Assembly: GCA_002269645.1 (NCBI GenBank)
Contig: NIVC01001135.1
Coordinates: 186,001-250,000 of the forward strand
Direction: 5' to 3'
Length of the DNA: 64,000 nt
Source of the DNA: Macrostomum lignano
Taxonomy: Eukaryota
Position numbers and translations under genes: made by a program. The notes beneath the pieces were generated by a model. That model was given only the letters and a program-made list of their open reading frames with translations, was not told the DNA's origin and searched no databases. Below are positions 23,101 through 34,641 of the stretch, piece by piece (the stretch's first letter is position 1; each line of letters opens with the position of its first letter).

Positions 23101-25451
23101 GGGGCGATTCTCAATGGTAGTCTAGGGGCGATTCTCAAGGGTAGTCTATGGGCTATTCTCAATGGTAGTCTAGGGCGAGTCTCGATGGTAGTCTTTGGGC
23201 GATTCTCAAGGGTAGTCTATGGGCTATTCTCAATGGTAGTCTAGGGCGAGTCTCGATGGTAGTCTTTGGGCGATTCTCAAGGGTAGTCTATGGGCTATTC
23301 TCAATGGTAGTCTAGGGGCGATTCTCAATGGTAGTCTAGGGCGAGTCTCGATGGTAGTTTTTGGGCGATTCTCAAGGGTAGTCTAGGGCGAGTCTCGATG
23401 GTAGTCTTTGGGCGATTCTCAAGGGTAGTCTAGGGGCGATTCTCAATGGTGGTCAAGGGCGATTCTCAGTGTTAGTCTAGGGGCGATTCTCAATGGTGGT
23501 CTAGGGGCGATTCTCAATTGTAACCTAGGGGCGATTCTCAAAGGTAGTCTAGGGACGATTTGAAGGGTAGTTCAGTGCTTTTAGCGCCCTAGAAACGTCG
23601 GTTTCTAGACCAGCACAGGAACTAGCAGATCATTCAATAATTTTTACCTGTTCGTCCAGCACAACCGCCCCGGACCACAGGCTGGCCAAGCTGCCAAACC
23701 TGGCCCGTTGCTCAGCCAAATAAGCCGCCGCTTTGTCATGCTCGCCTCGCAGACACAGGCACAGCAGCCAGGCCGCCAGCTCTTCATTATATCTATCGGA
23801 TTTTTGAATAAAGGCCAGGCCAATATTGGGCGCGAACTGGGCCGGGTCCGGCCGCTGACGGGGCGGTGGCACCCGAGCTTGGAGCAGCTCGACGGCCCGT
23901 CGACAACGCCGGCGTAGATTGGCATCGAGCCAGAGCAGCTCGGACATCTGGCTGAGCTGCTGGACGAGTACAACGGCCAGAGTGCAAGGACAGCGCACAT
24001 TTTCTAGCCGCTGGGCCCAGTCAAAAACTGCCGCAATCTCCTTGGCTGACGCTTTTGCTTTCGCTTGGCTAGCAACGGGCGGCGATTTCGACTGCCCGCT
24101 CTGACGATGATCGTCGCCTGCTTCGCCTGTCGAGCGTCGACGCCTGGCAACAGAGGCGGCGGGCGCAAGCGCCGCTGTGCTCCGCTGTTGCCGGGCCGCA
24201 AAGCCTGCGAGATTAGTGAATTGGTGGTTTTGTAAGAAATATTCATTATTAAAACAACAAAAATGGCTCTATCTTACTGTTAGTAGACCAAAGGGATATT
24301 AAATGACAGTAAATTAAAAAACATTGACATAGACATAGACAGTAATTCTAAGCATTGTGTACGGGTTTTATGCTGTGCAGACAGGATTTTCTGTTGGTCT
24401 AGAGGCGATTCTTAAGGATAGTCTAAGGGTGATTATCAAGGATAGTATAGCGGCGATTCTCGAGGATAATCTAGGGGCGATTCTCAAGGATAGTCTAAGG
24501 GCGATTCTCAAGGATAGTCTAACGGTGATTCTCAAGGATAATCTAGGGGCGATTCTCAAGGATAGTCTATGGGTGATTCTCAAGGATAGTCTAAGGGTGA
24601 TTCTCAAGGATAGTCTAAGGGCGATTCTCAAGGATAGTCTAACGGTGATTCTCAAGGATAATCTAGGGGCGATTCTCAAGGATAGTCTATGGGTGATTCT
24701 CAAGGATAGTCTAAGGGTGATTCTCAAGGATAGTCTAAGGGCGATTCTCAACGATAATCTAACGGTGATTCTCAAGGATAATCTAGGGGCGATTCTCAAG
24801 GATAGTCTATGGCGATTCTCAAGGATAGTCTATGGGCGATTCTCAAGGATAGTCTATGGCGATTCTCAAGGATAGTATAAGAGTGATTCTCAAGAATAGT
24901 CTAACGGTGATTCTCAAGGATAGTCTAGGGGCGATTCTGAAAGTTAGTCTAGGGGCGATTCTGAAAGGTAGTCTAGGGGCGATTCTGAAAGTTAGTCTAG
25001 GGGCGATTCTGAAAGGTAGTCTAGGGGCGATTCTGAAAGGTAGTCTAGGGGCGATTCTGAAAGTTAGTCTAGGGGCGATTCTAAAAGGTAGTCTAGGGGC
25101 GATTCTGAAAGGTAGTCTAGGGGCGATTCTAAAAGGTAGTCTAGGGGCGATTCTGAAAGTTAGTCTAGGGGCGATTCTAAAAGGTAGTCTAGGGGCGATT
25201 CTGAAAGGTAGTCTAGGGGCGATTCTGAAAGGTAGTCTAGGGGCGATTCTGAAAGGTAGTCTAGGGGCGATTCTGAAAGGTAGTCTAGGGGCGATTCTGA
25301 AAGGTAGTCTAGGGGCGATTCTGAAAGGTAGTCTAGGGGCGATTCTGAAAGGTAGTCTAGGGGCGATTCCAAGCTACAAACAGCAAAACTTACAGTGCCG
25401 ACAAATCTGTTGTGTCTCTGATAAGGCAAAAATGCGAAGCAGCGGCAACAT
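17198..25451 (-). CDS. POLRMT: Mitochondrial (T7 phage-type) RNA polymerase; exons about 25451-25394, 24204-23648, 22979-22603, possibly 22585-22538, 22141-21779, 20458-20084, 19100-18799, 18431-17198
   Basis: HNMDFRGRAYP, QDGSCNGLQHYAA, KQSVMTTVYG, FPPNFVHSLDSCHM, VHDCFWTH, terminal YFFS; N-terminus MLPLLRIF...RHCFAARQQRST resembles a mitochondrial presequence. The phase of the junction at 22.5-22.6 kb could not be resolved. Confidence 0.93.
18449..18660. repeat. Minisatellite, 38-bp unit GATACATATCGGCTTTTTTGTGCAGTTTTGTATTTTTC, in the last POLRMT intron
   Basis: About 5.5 copies. Confidence 0.96.
19230..19930. repeat. Minisatellite, 26-bp unit GGATTCTGGGATGATGCAGATTTAAA, in a POLRMT intron
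   Basis: Period 26 at 19489/19515/19541. Confidence 0.96.
20665..21712. repeat. Minisatellite, 32-bp unit GATCCCACAGATCTAAGATCCCATCAGCTTAG, in a POLRMT intron
   Basis: Period 32; about 32 copies. Confidence 0.97.
22176..22410 (+). mobile_element. tRNA-derived SINE in a POLRMT intron (antisense to the gene)
   Basis: A-box-like TGCAGCCTAGTGGTTAAAGCG, B-box-like GGTTTGATTCT, then a CORE-type central segment TGTGTCCATGAGCAAAAGACAC...CACCCAGCTGTAAAATGGGT. Confidence 0.75.
23035..23570. repeat. Minisatellite, 21-bp unit GGGCGATTCTCAATGGTAGTC(TA), in POLRMT intron 2
   Basis: Same family as 24405-25368. Confidence 0.95.
24405..25368. repeat. Minisatellite, 21-bp unit GGGCGATTCTCAAGGATAGTC / GGGCGATTCTGAAAGGTAGTC, in POLRMT intron 1
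   Basis: About 45 copies in two variant blocks; the 21-bp unit creates long spurious ORFs. Confidence 0.97.
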
Positions 25452-27278
25452 TCCTGAAATTTGTATTTTAAATCAAGCATTGCATTGTCGTTAGGAAATT
25501 ATTAATGATTTTATAATTTCAGGAATTCCAGCCATCCATCTTTAAATGGGCTTAATAAGCAATTTTACATTTTCCAAAAAATGTTGCATCGATGCAAAAC
25601 AGTCAATAAGCTTTATCCTATGTGAACATTTAGTGCTTTGTGACTAGGAATTAATCTAGTGATATAAGGTTTTGGTAGATAGAGCATAAACCTAAGTTTT
25701 TTATCATCAAGATGACAGTCTCATTTGGCACCCTAGGTCTAGTCTAAACTTAGGATGCTAAATTGAAAACAGGAATTCTAGCTGGCATCAATAGCAAATT
25801 CAAAGTCAAATAAAATGCCTAAGTCTAGCTTATCATTAAAATTTACATTTCCAAGATTCTCTAATGTACATAGGTTCAAAAAATCTATAGACACCAGGTT
25901 TATAGAATCAAGGTTGAAAATCAATACACAAAAAGTCTTTAAACCCCAAGGATCCTAGCAATCCAAGAAGCTAAAGCACCTTTCAAGCTTACCACAAAAA
26001 AGACTATATGGCCAGAGGAAAATATGCAAAAAATGAAAAAAACCAGTAGAATTGCTTTGAATTCAAGCTGGTAATATTGGTATTTTTAAAATAATGTTTT
26101 ATAACTAATTGGCCAAAAATGTGCTGCATACACCAAGGACTTCCATAGGCACTATGATTTTTATACCAGAGGTTAGCAAACTTTTTGCTTTGTAGTCTAA
26201 ATACAAAACCTAGCATATGATTGTAGGCCAATAGAGAAAAGAGAGGAAGAAATAGAGAAGGGAGTAAAGATAGGAAAAGAAAAAAGAGAAAATAAAATAA
26301 AGAGGAGACACAAAAAGAGGAAGGATAAAATAAAAAGGGGAAAGTAGAAGAGAAAGGAAAGAAGATTTCTTAATATAGGCCTATATAATTTTTGTGGTAA
26401 AGCCTATAAAGGCTAGGGCAAATTGAAAAAGTTTATGAGAAAGGGAAGAAGGACCAAGCTATACTAAATACTATAATCCAATATTATAGAAAATAGACCT
26501 TACATAGTTATATAGACCTTACATAGACCTTATCTAATTTTTTGCCTTAGCTAAAGGGGGGGGGGCAATAGCCTCCTGCCCCCCTTAGCCTAGATCTGCC
26601 TTTGGCAAGGACTACTTCTTAAGTATGGATATTTTTATATGTTGAATAGCTTGAAGCTGCAGATCTACTAAATCTATTCATTCATCTGATATATTTCTTT
26701 ATCTTTTCTAAAGTTACTATTATAATTTTGCTTTGTGCATCCTTGTTTAATGTTAACCTACCATAAACTTGAAAATTTGGCCATTAGACTATTAGGCTAG
26801 TAGATAATAAAATACTTAATAGTCATTATCTAGATAAACTCAAATATAAAAATAATTACACAAAGCAAATTGCAAGATTGCCAAATAAGAAAAGTGGTTA
26901 ACATGACAATAGCACTGTTAAAAAGCATGATTTAAAAAAATTAATGGCACAACATTTAATAGAAGATAAGAAACATATATAGATCTTAGGTTTTTTATGT
27001 GTAGAATGTGTGTACTTTAAATTTTAAAATTGCACTTTGAAATTGGGCATAAGTTAGGATTTCATACCTTGTCTGAGGCAAAAACCCAATATATATGCAA
27101 AATGCAAGCTATGCAACATGTTTAGTATATAGATAGATCCTAGTCAAATTATCAACTGGCATTTTGTTACTGGGAAGCCATTGCTCTTATGTCACTTTGT
27201 TGACTAGCCAATTAGTAGACCTCATAAATATGGTCACTTTATCAATTGCCAAACTATAATAGTTTGAAATAGTATAAT

Positions 27279-28058
27279 GGGTTACACTGAATTCATCAAC
27301 ATCTAAGTTGTCAACAAATCTAAAATCCTAGAAATTGAAGGAAATTGAATTCATCAACAGTTAAAACAAGCTGAGCAAATTCATCAACAACAAGACAAGA
27401 CTTTTCCTAAAGTTGTTCTTTAATGCAATAACTGTAAATTTCTATAATTTAATGAGCAAAATGTTGCCAAAGACTTCAACAAGACGAACTTGAGTGCACA
27501 TTCTAAATGCTATTATGCATACACAACTCAAAATTTAATGAATTGGGCAATCAATGCTATGTACATAATTACTACCTTCTACATAGTTGTATATTCAGAT
27601 GCAAATATATCAAGAGCTAGTCTATTGGGTGTTTTGTGCTGCATATGCTTTATTGCATCTTTAAAGTCACTTTAATTCAAGTTTTATACCAAGTTTGTTG
27701 ATTTCCTTAACCATTACCAAAGGTTTTGTTTGAGTATGACTTCAGATTTCTAAATTTATGCAAAAATAGTTCTCTGGATTTATTGCAATTCAGTGGGTTT
27801 AAGATCTGCAGGTTTTAACAGGTTGTAAAAAAATATATATCAAATAAAAACCATTCACTTTTGTTATCTTATATGTACAAGTATCTTCTCAATATGCTTT
27901 TGTCTTTCATTTTTTTGCATATAGTAAAAAATATATACTAGCTACATGGTCAATAGTATATTGTCAGGTAACCAAATTTGTCAAACAGTGCATGATAAGG
28001 TAGACCGAATTGGTCAATAGAGTTGACAAATTAGATGTTGACAAATTTGGTGGCACCC
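27279..28058. mobile_element. Old MITE with imperfect TIRs (GGGT...ACCC ends)
   Basis: GGGTTACACTGAATTCATCAACATCTAAGTTGTCAAC versus reverse complement GGGTGCCACCAAATTTGTCAACATCTAATTTGTCAAC; flanks AGTATAAT/AATATAAT (7 of 8). Confidence 0.5.
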
Positions 28059-28515
28059 AATATAATAATCACTTTGTCAACTATTCATTATGTAAACATA
28101 TATGTAATGCAATATTATATATATATATATATATATTAATGGCTATCTATGCCAAGAATTTTTCTATTAAACTCTGATATGAATGAAGCAAGTGAAGCAA
28201 GCAAGTGAGTTAATTTTGAAGTGCAATATACTACATTGACATATTGTTTTCAAATTGTATATGTTTAAATTTTCTTAAATTGACTTGAATTGACTTATAT
28301 TACAACAAAAAATATTTTAAAAAGAATAATAAATAATTATAAATAATTAATTAACCTAGCACTAAATATTGACCTTCCTTCAATTAAAAAATTACTAAAA
28401 AAACTTTTATATAAAGCTTAATTCTCTAAACATATTTGGTACCAAAGACAAAGTAGGCCTAACTATAACTAAAAACAAGGTCACTTTGTCAATTGCAAAA
28501 ACTGCTAACATAACC

Positions 28516-29122
28516 GGCAATCCTACAGTTTTCCGCTTTTAATTATTTTTTGGCTTTTTTCTTGATTTCAGCTAAGCTGCAATGGCCGGTCGTCCATCTG
28601 CACCAACGATAGTCATTTCACCTGCAGAAATTGAACCTGCCGATGCATTGGCTGCCCTGGATATCAGTTATCGGGAGCTGGTACTGGAGATACGGTCTGT
28701 GTAAACATCGCAATAGACGCAACAGACTGCAACAGGACCGCAACGGACCTCAAGAAACTGCTACAGACTTTAAACGAAGTAAAATCGTACCTACAAGTAT
28801 AATAAATTAGATTTCTGCCTAGCATTAGCTGGTAGATCGTTTTTATATTTATTACTTTGGTATTTTTTCATTCTGCATGTATTTTAATACATGTACCTCC
28901 ATATGTACCTCCAAGAGTTTTTATGGCGCCGGCTGTTCCAAGACTGCAAGAGTGTCAATTCGGGAACATGTTGTATTGGATACGCCATTATTATCCATGT
29001 AAACTGTTGTGACCATCATGAGTGACTATTATATAAGTTTATTGTAATTTCTTATTCCTGCTATGTCGTAATTTTTCAAAAAAGCCGAAAAATAATTAAA
29101 AGCGGAAAACTGTAGGATTGCC
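28516..29122. mobile_element. Non-autonomous DNA transposon, Merlin-like (GG termini, 8-bp TSD)
   Basis: About 40-bp TIR GGCAATCCTACAGTTTTCCGCTTTTAATTATTTTT; perfect TSD ACATAACC at 28508-28515 and 29123-29130. Confidence 0.85.
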
Positions 29123-32100
29123 ACATAACCAAATAGGGCCTAGTCACTTTATCAAAGTAAATGGTTAACAAAGTGACTAGTACCTTAGCATATAGCCATA
29201 ACTATTTAAAACATATTTGTAAGAGTTTCTATAGTGCAATAAATTCTTCCCTATGCCCTTACTAACATTACAATACTTCTTACACTATATATTGCAGGGC
29301 AGTACCTGTTGTAAATTTTGTATTTAGGCCTACCTACCTAGTTTTTTTATTTTAACAATTGGACATTTGAACATTATGTAATGTTTGTAATTAGGTCTAT
29401 CTTTGCTCCAATAGTTTGTTTTTTGCAAATATTGTTAGACTGTTTCTCTTTGAGTTTAACAAATAGAACAATAGGCCCTACTTATGCCAATAAAAATTTT
29501 TAGAGCCTATTGCACTGTCCCCCTTACAGAGACCTGAGAAAAACACAGGACACCAAGCACATTTTCACCAAAATATGGAGCCAGACCCTCGCATTAATAA
29601 ATAATAATAGGGCCTAATAATATATTAAACAAAACAAAATTACAAATATCAAAAGACAAAATGGATCCGAATATGGGAAAACTGTAGGCGTAGCCAAGTT
29701 TAGGACACGTAATTTTTGTGATAGAGAAATGACGCCGCGGCTAACAGGACCTGTAATGCGATAACCAATACATTTAGCAAATAATTTTTAGTATATGGAT
29801 TTAGTATATTTAGATTTGGATCTTGGCCGCGCTTGGCTGGCGCATGAAAATGAGAGCACGTACAAAAAGTATTTTAAATTCTATTTTTAAAATGATTAGA
29901 TTTACCATACACAAAGCTAAATAACAATTAAATTTTTTAATCTAAATTTGGTTTTATCTTCAGGTTTAGTAGTAGTACCTATATTTGCATTTGTATCTGC
30001 ATTTGTTTTATGGTGACATTTACGGTGCCAATTTTTTGTGGTGTAGATCTTGTTAAGTTGTTCCTTAAATACTATAACCACTATATGCAATTTGTGATCG
30101 CGCTCAGAGACAAAAAATCTTTCGTAAGTTTATTGTACAAATAATATATTTTTTGCGTAGAAGTTACACAAACTTCAAAATTACCCGGATGAAAATGTTA
30201 CTGTATGAAATATCGTTATGGAAGACTGATAGTAATCAGGAAAAGGATGACTTATGAAGTTAGAGAAGTAGCGGATTTAGAAGGCGGCACAAAAGGCGTC
30301 TCTATTGAGTTTGATATTTTTTCTATGGGTATAACCACATTATGGAAAAATCAATGGAGTAATCCAAACGCAAAGTATACCTTTTTAGAATTCTGCACTG
30401 TTCAAACTGGATCCGTGCCTGGACGTGTGCTAATTCTTTTAAAAGACCTCGATCAACATGTATTCCAATTTAGCTGCCTCGATAGACTTGTATCAAATTA
30501 AGGAGGGATCAAAGTTGAAAGCATCTGCACTGTGGTGGAAATACAATATTCCATCATTGTACATATGTATGTTCTAGTACAGTACACAAGGACTTCTAGA
30601 CTAGCAGGACGTAAAACTCAAAGATCGTGTAAATTTTTAGGAGGACGATTTCCTGGAAAAAATACACTGCGGAGATAGGAGCAAATCATTTTTTCATCAC
30701 AAAATCAATGATTGCATTTGATCTAAGGCAGCTAAGATAACCATTCTTTTTATTTAGCACGCACAACATGTTACTCTATTATATTTTAATGTAGTTGTGT
30801 CTTGAAAGTTTCATCTTCATATTATTTTCTTTTTATTTCATAAGCCCCAAGTTGCAAAATACTCACAAGTGGCATTAGCCGAACTTTGTATTTTTCCTTT
30901 TTAAAATCAAGTATATTTGCAATAAAAATGCTGCATTACAGTACTATTAAGCCATTATTGTAGGTATAATTCCATTTCAATGTAGTAACTATACTAATAG
31001 ACCTGTCTATGTAGTTAAATATATAAGGACAATATTTACAATATGCCCCCACCATTTTCATTTTTCTTGTTTTACCTAGGCCTCAAGTCTTTAGAAAGCT
31101 ATCAGTTTTTTAAGCTAGACCTGCATATATAGGACCAAGAATATAGTCATATAGACCTAGGCACAAAAACAAGCTCTAACCATTTTTACTAAGTAGGCCT
31201 ATCTATAAAGAAATATTCTAGATTTTTTTAGTATTTAACTTTTAATATTATTATTATTATTATTATTAAATTGCAAGTTTTATAGGTTAAAATGTGTTAA
31301 TAAGAAATATATTTGCATTAATAATTAACAAAATAAATAGATTAGTCGTTAGAAAAGGTAAATGTTAAATAATAGTTTAAGAAAAAGGAATTTGTTAAAA
31401 TAGTTTTATATGTGTACTATTTTAAGTTTAAATTACTTTTTTAGCTAAAAATTTACATCATATAGTAGTAAAACTTCTAATTGAATTTTTGTACCTTTTG
31501 CTTATGTATTAGCTTTTTTTTTATGTTGACTTATATATTAAAATACAATTGACAACCTTTGATAATATTTATTTTTGCATTAACCCTGAACAATTAAATT
31601 CTTTATATTTCAACATATTTTGTTTCAGCTGCCAGCAACAAGCCTCAATTGCCACTGCCTGATTTTCAGCCTACATTCTGAGCTTATCTACTAGCTGTGT
31701 ATTGGCCAATGCTTCATGTTTGATCAACCTAATGATTGCATTATGGCATTCCATGTCCTGCTCACTTGTCACAACTCAGTGACCTAGCCTGCCACCCAAA
31801 AAGCTAGGCAGGCTGGTTGGTTTTGTGCTGGCAATTGGTTTGGTTGTCAACATACAGAAGATTGCTGTGCTCTAGTAACCAGACAACATCAAGCTTTGAG
31901 GCTATTCTACTGTGCACTGCATTCAAGATGAGCAACTGCAGTTCTTTAACTGCTTGCTGGCTGACACTAGCACTTCAAGACTCATTGGCACTACCTTAAT
32001 TTTTGCTGGTGATGTCTTTCTTATAAATAACTCAAAGTTAATAACTTCTCTTTCACCTTAGTAAATAAAAAAGACAAGACTTTTTTCATTTCAAATGAAT

Positions 32101-32527
32101 TTTATTTTGTTTCACAGATCTGAAATGTGAACTTTCAACTGTTTTGACTTGCAAAGAATGTAAGATGTAATTTATAATATATATACAGTGCATTGAAACA
32201 TTAAAAGAGCAATGTATAGATACATTCTTTATACATACTGATGTAGAAAATAGAAAATGTTCTTTGTTTTTGAATTGGTTTTTTGCAATGTTTGATGTTT
32301 CAGAAATGGAAAAATAAACCAGGCACAAAGATGCACAGCTCATAATATGCAACTGCAAGGGCAAAATTGAGTAAATATTTTGTATGACATGGTACTTGTA
32401 TCTATGAAGTAAATCAAAAGTAAATCAGAAAAGTAAATTTAAATACTGTAAAGGCTTGGCTTAATTTGGAGGTCGAAATATGAGTATAATAACCAGCAGT
32501 GTAGTGTTAAGTGTTTACCAGGCATAG

Positions 32528-32697
32528 CATGCCTGGGCGCAACCTAGGGATTCACCCGGCCGTTTCTATTGGCAACACACACATGTAAGTTGCTATTGGA
32601 TGGAATAGTAGTCACGTGACTATTCTCAGCCAATAGCGACTTACATGTGTGTTGCCAATAGAAACGGCCGAGTGATTCCCCAGGTTGCGCATGTATG
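32528..32697. mobile_element. 170-bp palindromic MITE (CAT...ATG ends, 8-bp TSD), nested in the foldback element
   Basis: Long imperfect palindrome centred on CACGTG; TSD AGGCATAG/CGGCATAG. Confidence 0.8.
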
Positions 32698-34462
32698 CGG
32701 CATAGAATTTTTTTGTGGAACTAACAGTGCAGTTGGATTGTCATGGCCATGTGGAGTTTTATGCACGGGGTTAGTGAGGAGCACTACATCCAGGCAATGC
32801 GTGGGCGGCCTTAGCTCCAATGGCTGCGCAACTTGTAGCTAAACTAAACAGAAAAGCAGATATCAGTATTTAAAAAGAGAAAAAATTGGCAAATTAGCAA
32901 GTACCATGAAGCTTATTTGCTTCAATTAATTTTGCACAGTCGGCCTACAGTGGCTGAAATTGGACTATCTATCAGACTCAGTCTTGCCGCACTATACCCT
33001 TAAAACATTAGTCAGCTTTCTTGAGATGTGGCATAGCAGATCAGGTTCAATGGCATGTCTATGAAGATCGCATCCTACATCGCTAAGACCACTAAAGTGA
33101 GACCTCAATGTTATGTGGGGTGAAGGACATGGGCATTGCTTCTCAGTGTGCAGTTCCCGCTGGCCAGTTATAGATATAGTGAATTCCATTTCCAATGCTC
33201 AGTTGCAGCTGCCAGATGAAAAATGATTAACAATCAGGTGGGCTCCAAATTCTTTCCAAGGTTGGCACCAGGCTCTACCAGCATGCTTGAGATTGCTTTC
33301 CATGGCCTCCAATTGAGACTATCGCTCTAGTTGATGTTGGAAGCCCAAAAATGCAAAACTTTGACTTGAGTGCTGCAATGATGAGCAATAGGCCTAGTGC
33401 TGGAGTCCATCCACCACACTAAAATGTTGGTAGGTATGGGCAATGGTAAAATGAGAAATTTTGTCTTTTCATTGGAATGAACTTTCCTAAAAGGTTATAC
33501 CATAAATTTTGCTACAAACTATGCCATCATAAATTTAGGGAAACTAGCCATGTAAAAGGTAAGGATATATCATCTTTTGCCCCAACCACATTGACCCTTG
33601 CTTTTTACTAACCCTTATCCATATATTAAAAAAAAAAACATTTAGAAAATTTACTCACTTGCTAAAGTCAAATGTAATGAAGACCTTGTGGTGTCAGGAA
33701 AGACACTTTGTGGATCACTTTAATTGGTATCCAAAAGTATATCATCTTGTGCAATGGCATTTTAGCAGGTTGATGCTTTGCAAAAATTTCCACTGAAGTC
33801 AGATAGGCACTGGAAAGATCAAAGGATTAAGTATGTCAAATACAATGCTAGACATAATTTATATCATAAGGAAATCTGTTTGAAATCTAACAAGATTAGA
33901 TTTTGCAGCCTTTTGTCTAAAATGGTTGCTAGTGTAAGTTACTACCAAAAATTTAATTGGCATGATAACTATCTATCTATTAAGATAGATGATAGGATAA
34001 TATATTGGTACAAAATACTTATAGTAAAATTAAAGATTATTGAATAAAAATGTAACAATTAGACATCTAAGTACTATTTAGTATTTGGATTAGACCCTAA
34101 TAGCCAAAATCTAAGTTATTAAATAATACTAATTAAAAAATCATATTTACCTATAAAAAATAAAATTAAAACTGAATATAGATAACTAAATTAATAAACA
34201 AATTTTAAATTAATACTAAAAACTAGATTTTCATTGTCAATTATTAGAGCCAGCTTAGTTTTATAAATAGATATAAGGTAGTAAAATGAATAGGCCTAAA
34301 TATTCCTAGTTTCAAAGCTTTATGAGTGCAATAAGGCCTAGGCCTAGTTTCAATAGTAAATAAATGCTAAAGTTAAGATAAATGTGGGCATGCAGTATTG
34401 TATTACCCATTTTTTAGTTTATAATAAAAGACCTATCATAATAATCTAATAATTAGGCCTAT

Positions 34463-34641
34463 CATGCTTGGGTGCAACCTAGGGATTCACCCGGCCATTT
34501 CTATTGGCAACACACATATATAAGTTGCTATTGGCTGAGAGCAATCACGTGACTACTATTCCATCCAATAGCAACTTACATGTGTGTGTTCTGTGTTGCC
34601 AATAGAAATGGCCGAGTGATTCCCAAGGTTGCGCATGTATG
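34463..34641. mobile_element. 179-bp palindromic MITE of the same family, nested in the foldback element
   Basis: Perfect TSD AGGCCTAT at 34455-34462 and 34642-34649. Confidence 0.85.

Noticed and set aside
10862-25368. Minisatellites as CRISPR-like arrays
   Set aside because: Units are head-to-tail without unique spacers, there are no cas genes, and the context is eukaryotic introns.
12485-25494. Long repetitive ORFs (e.g. 14873-15559, 16615-17058, 24357-24875, 24856-25494)
   Set aside because: They are translations of minisatellites lying in introns or spacers of identified genes.
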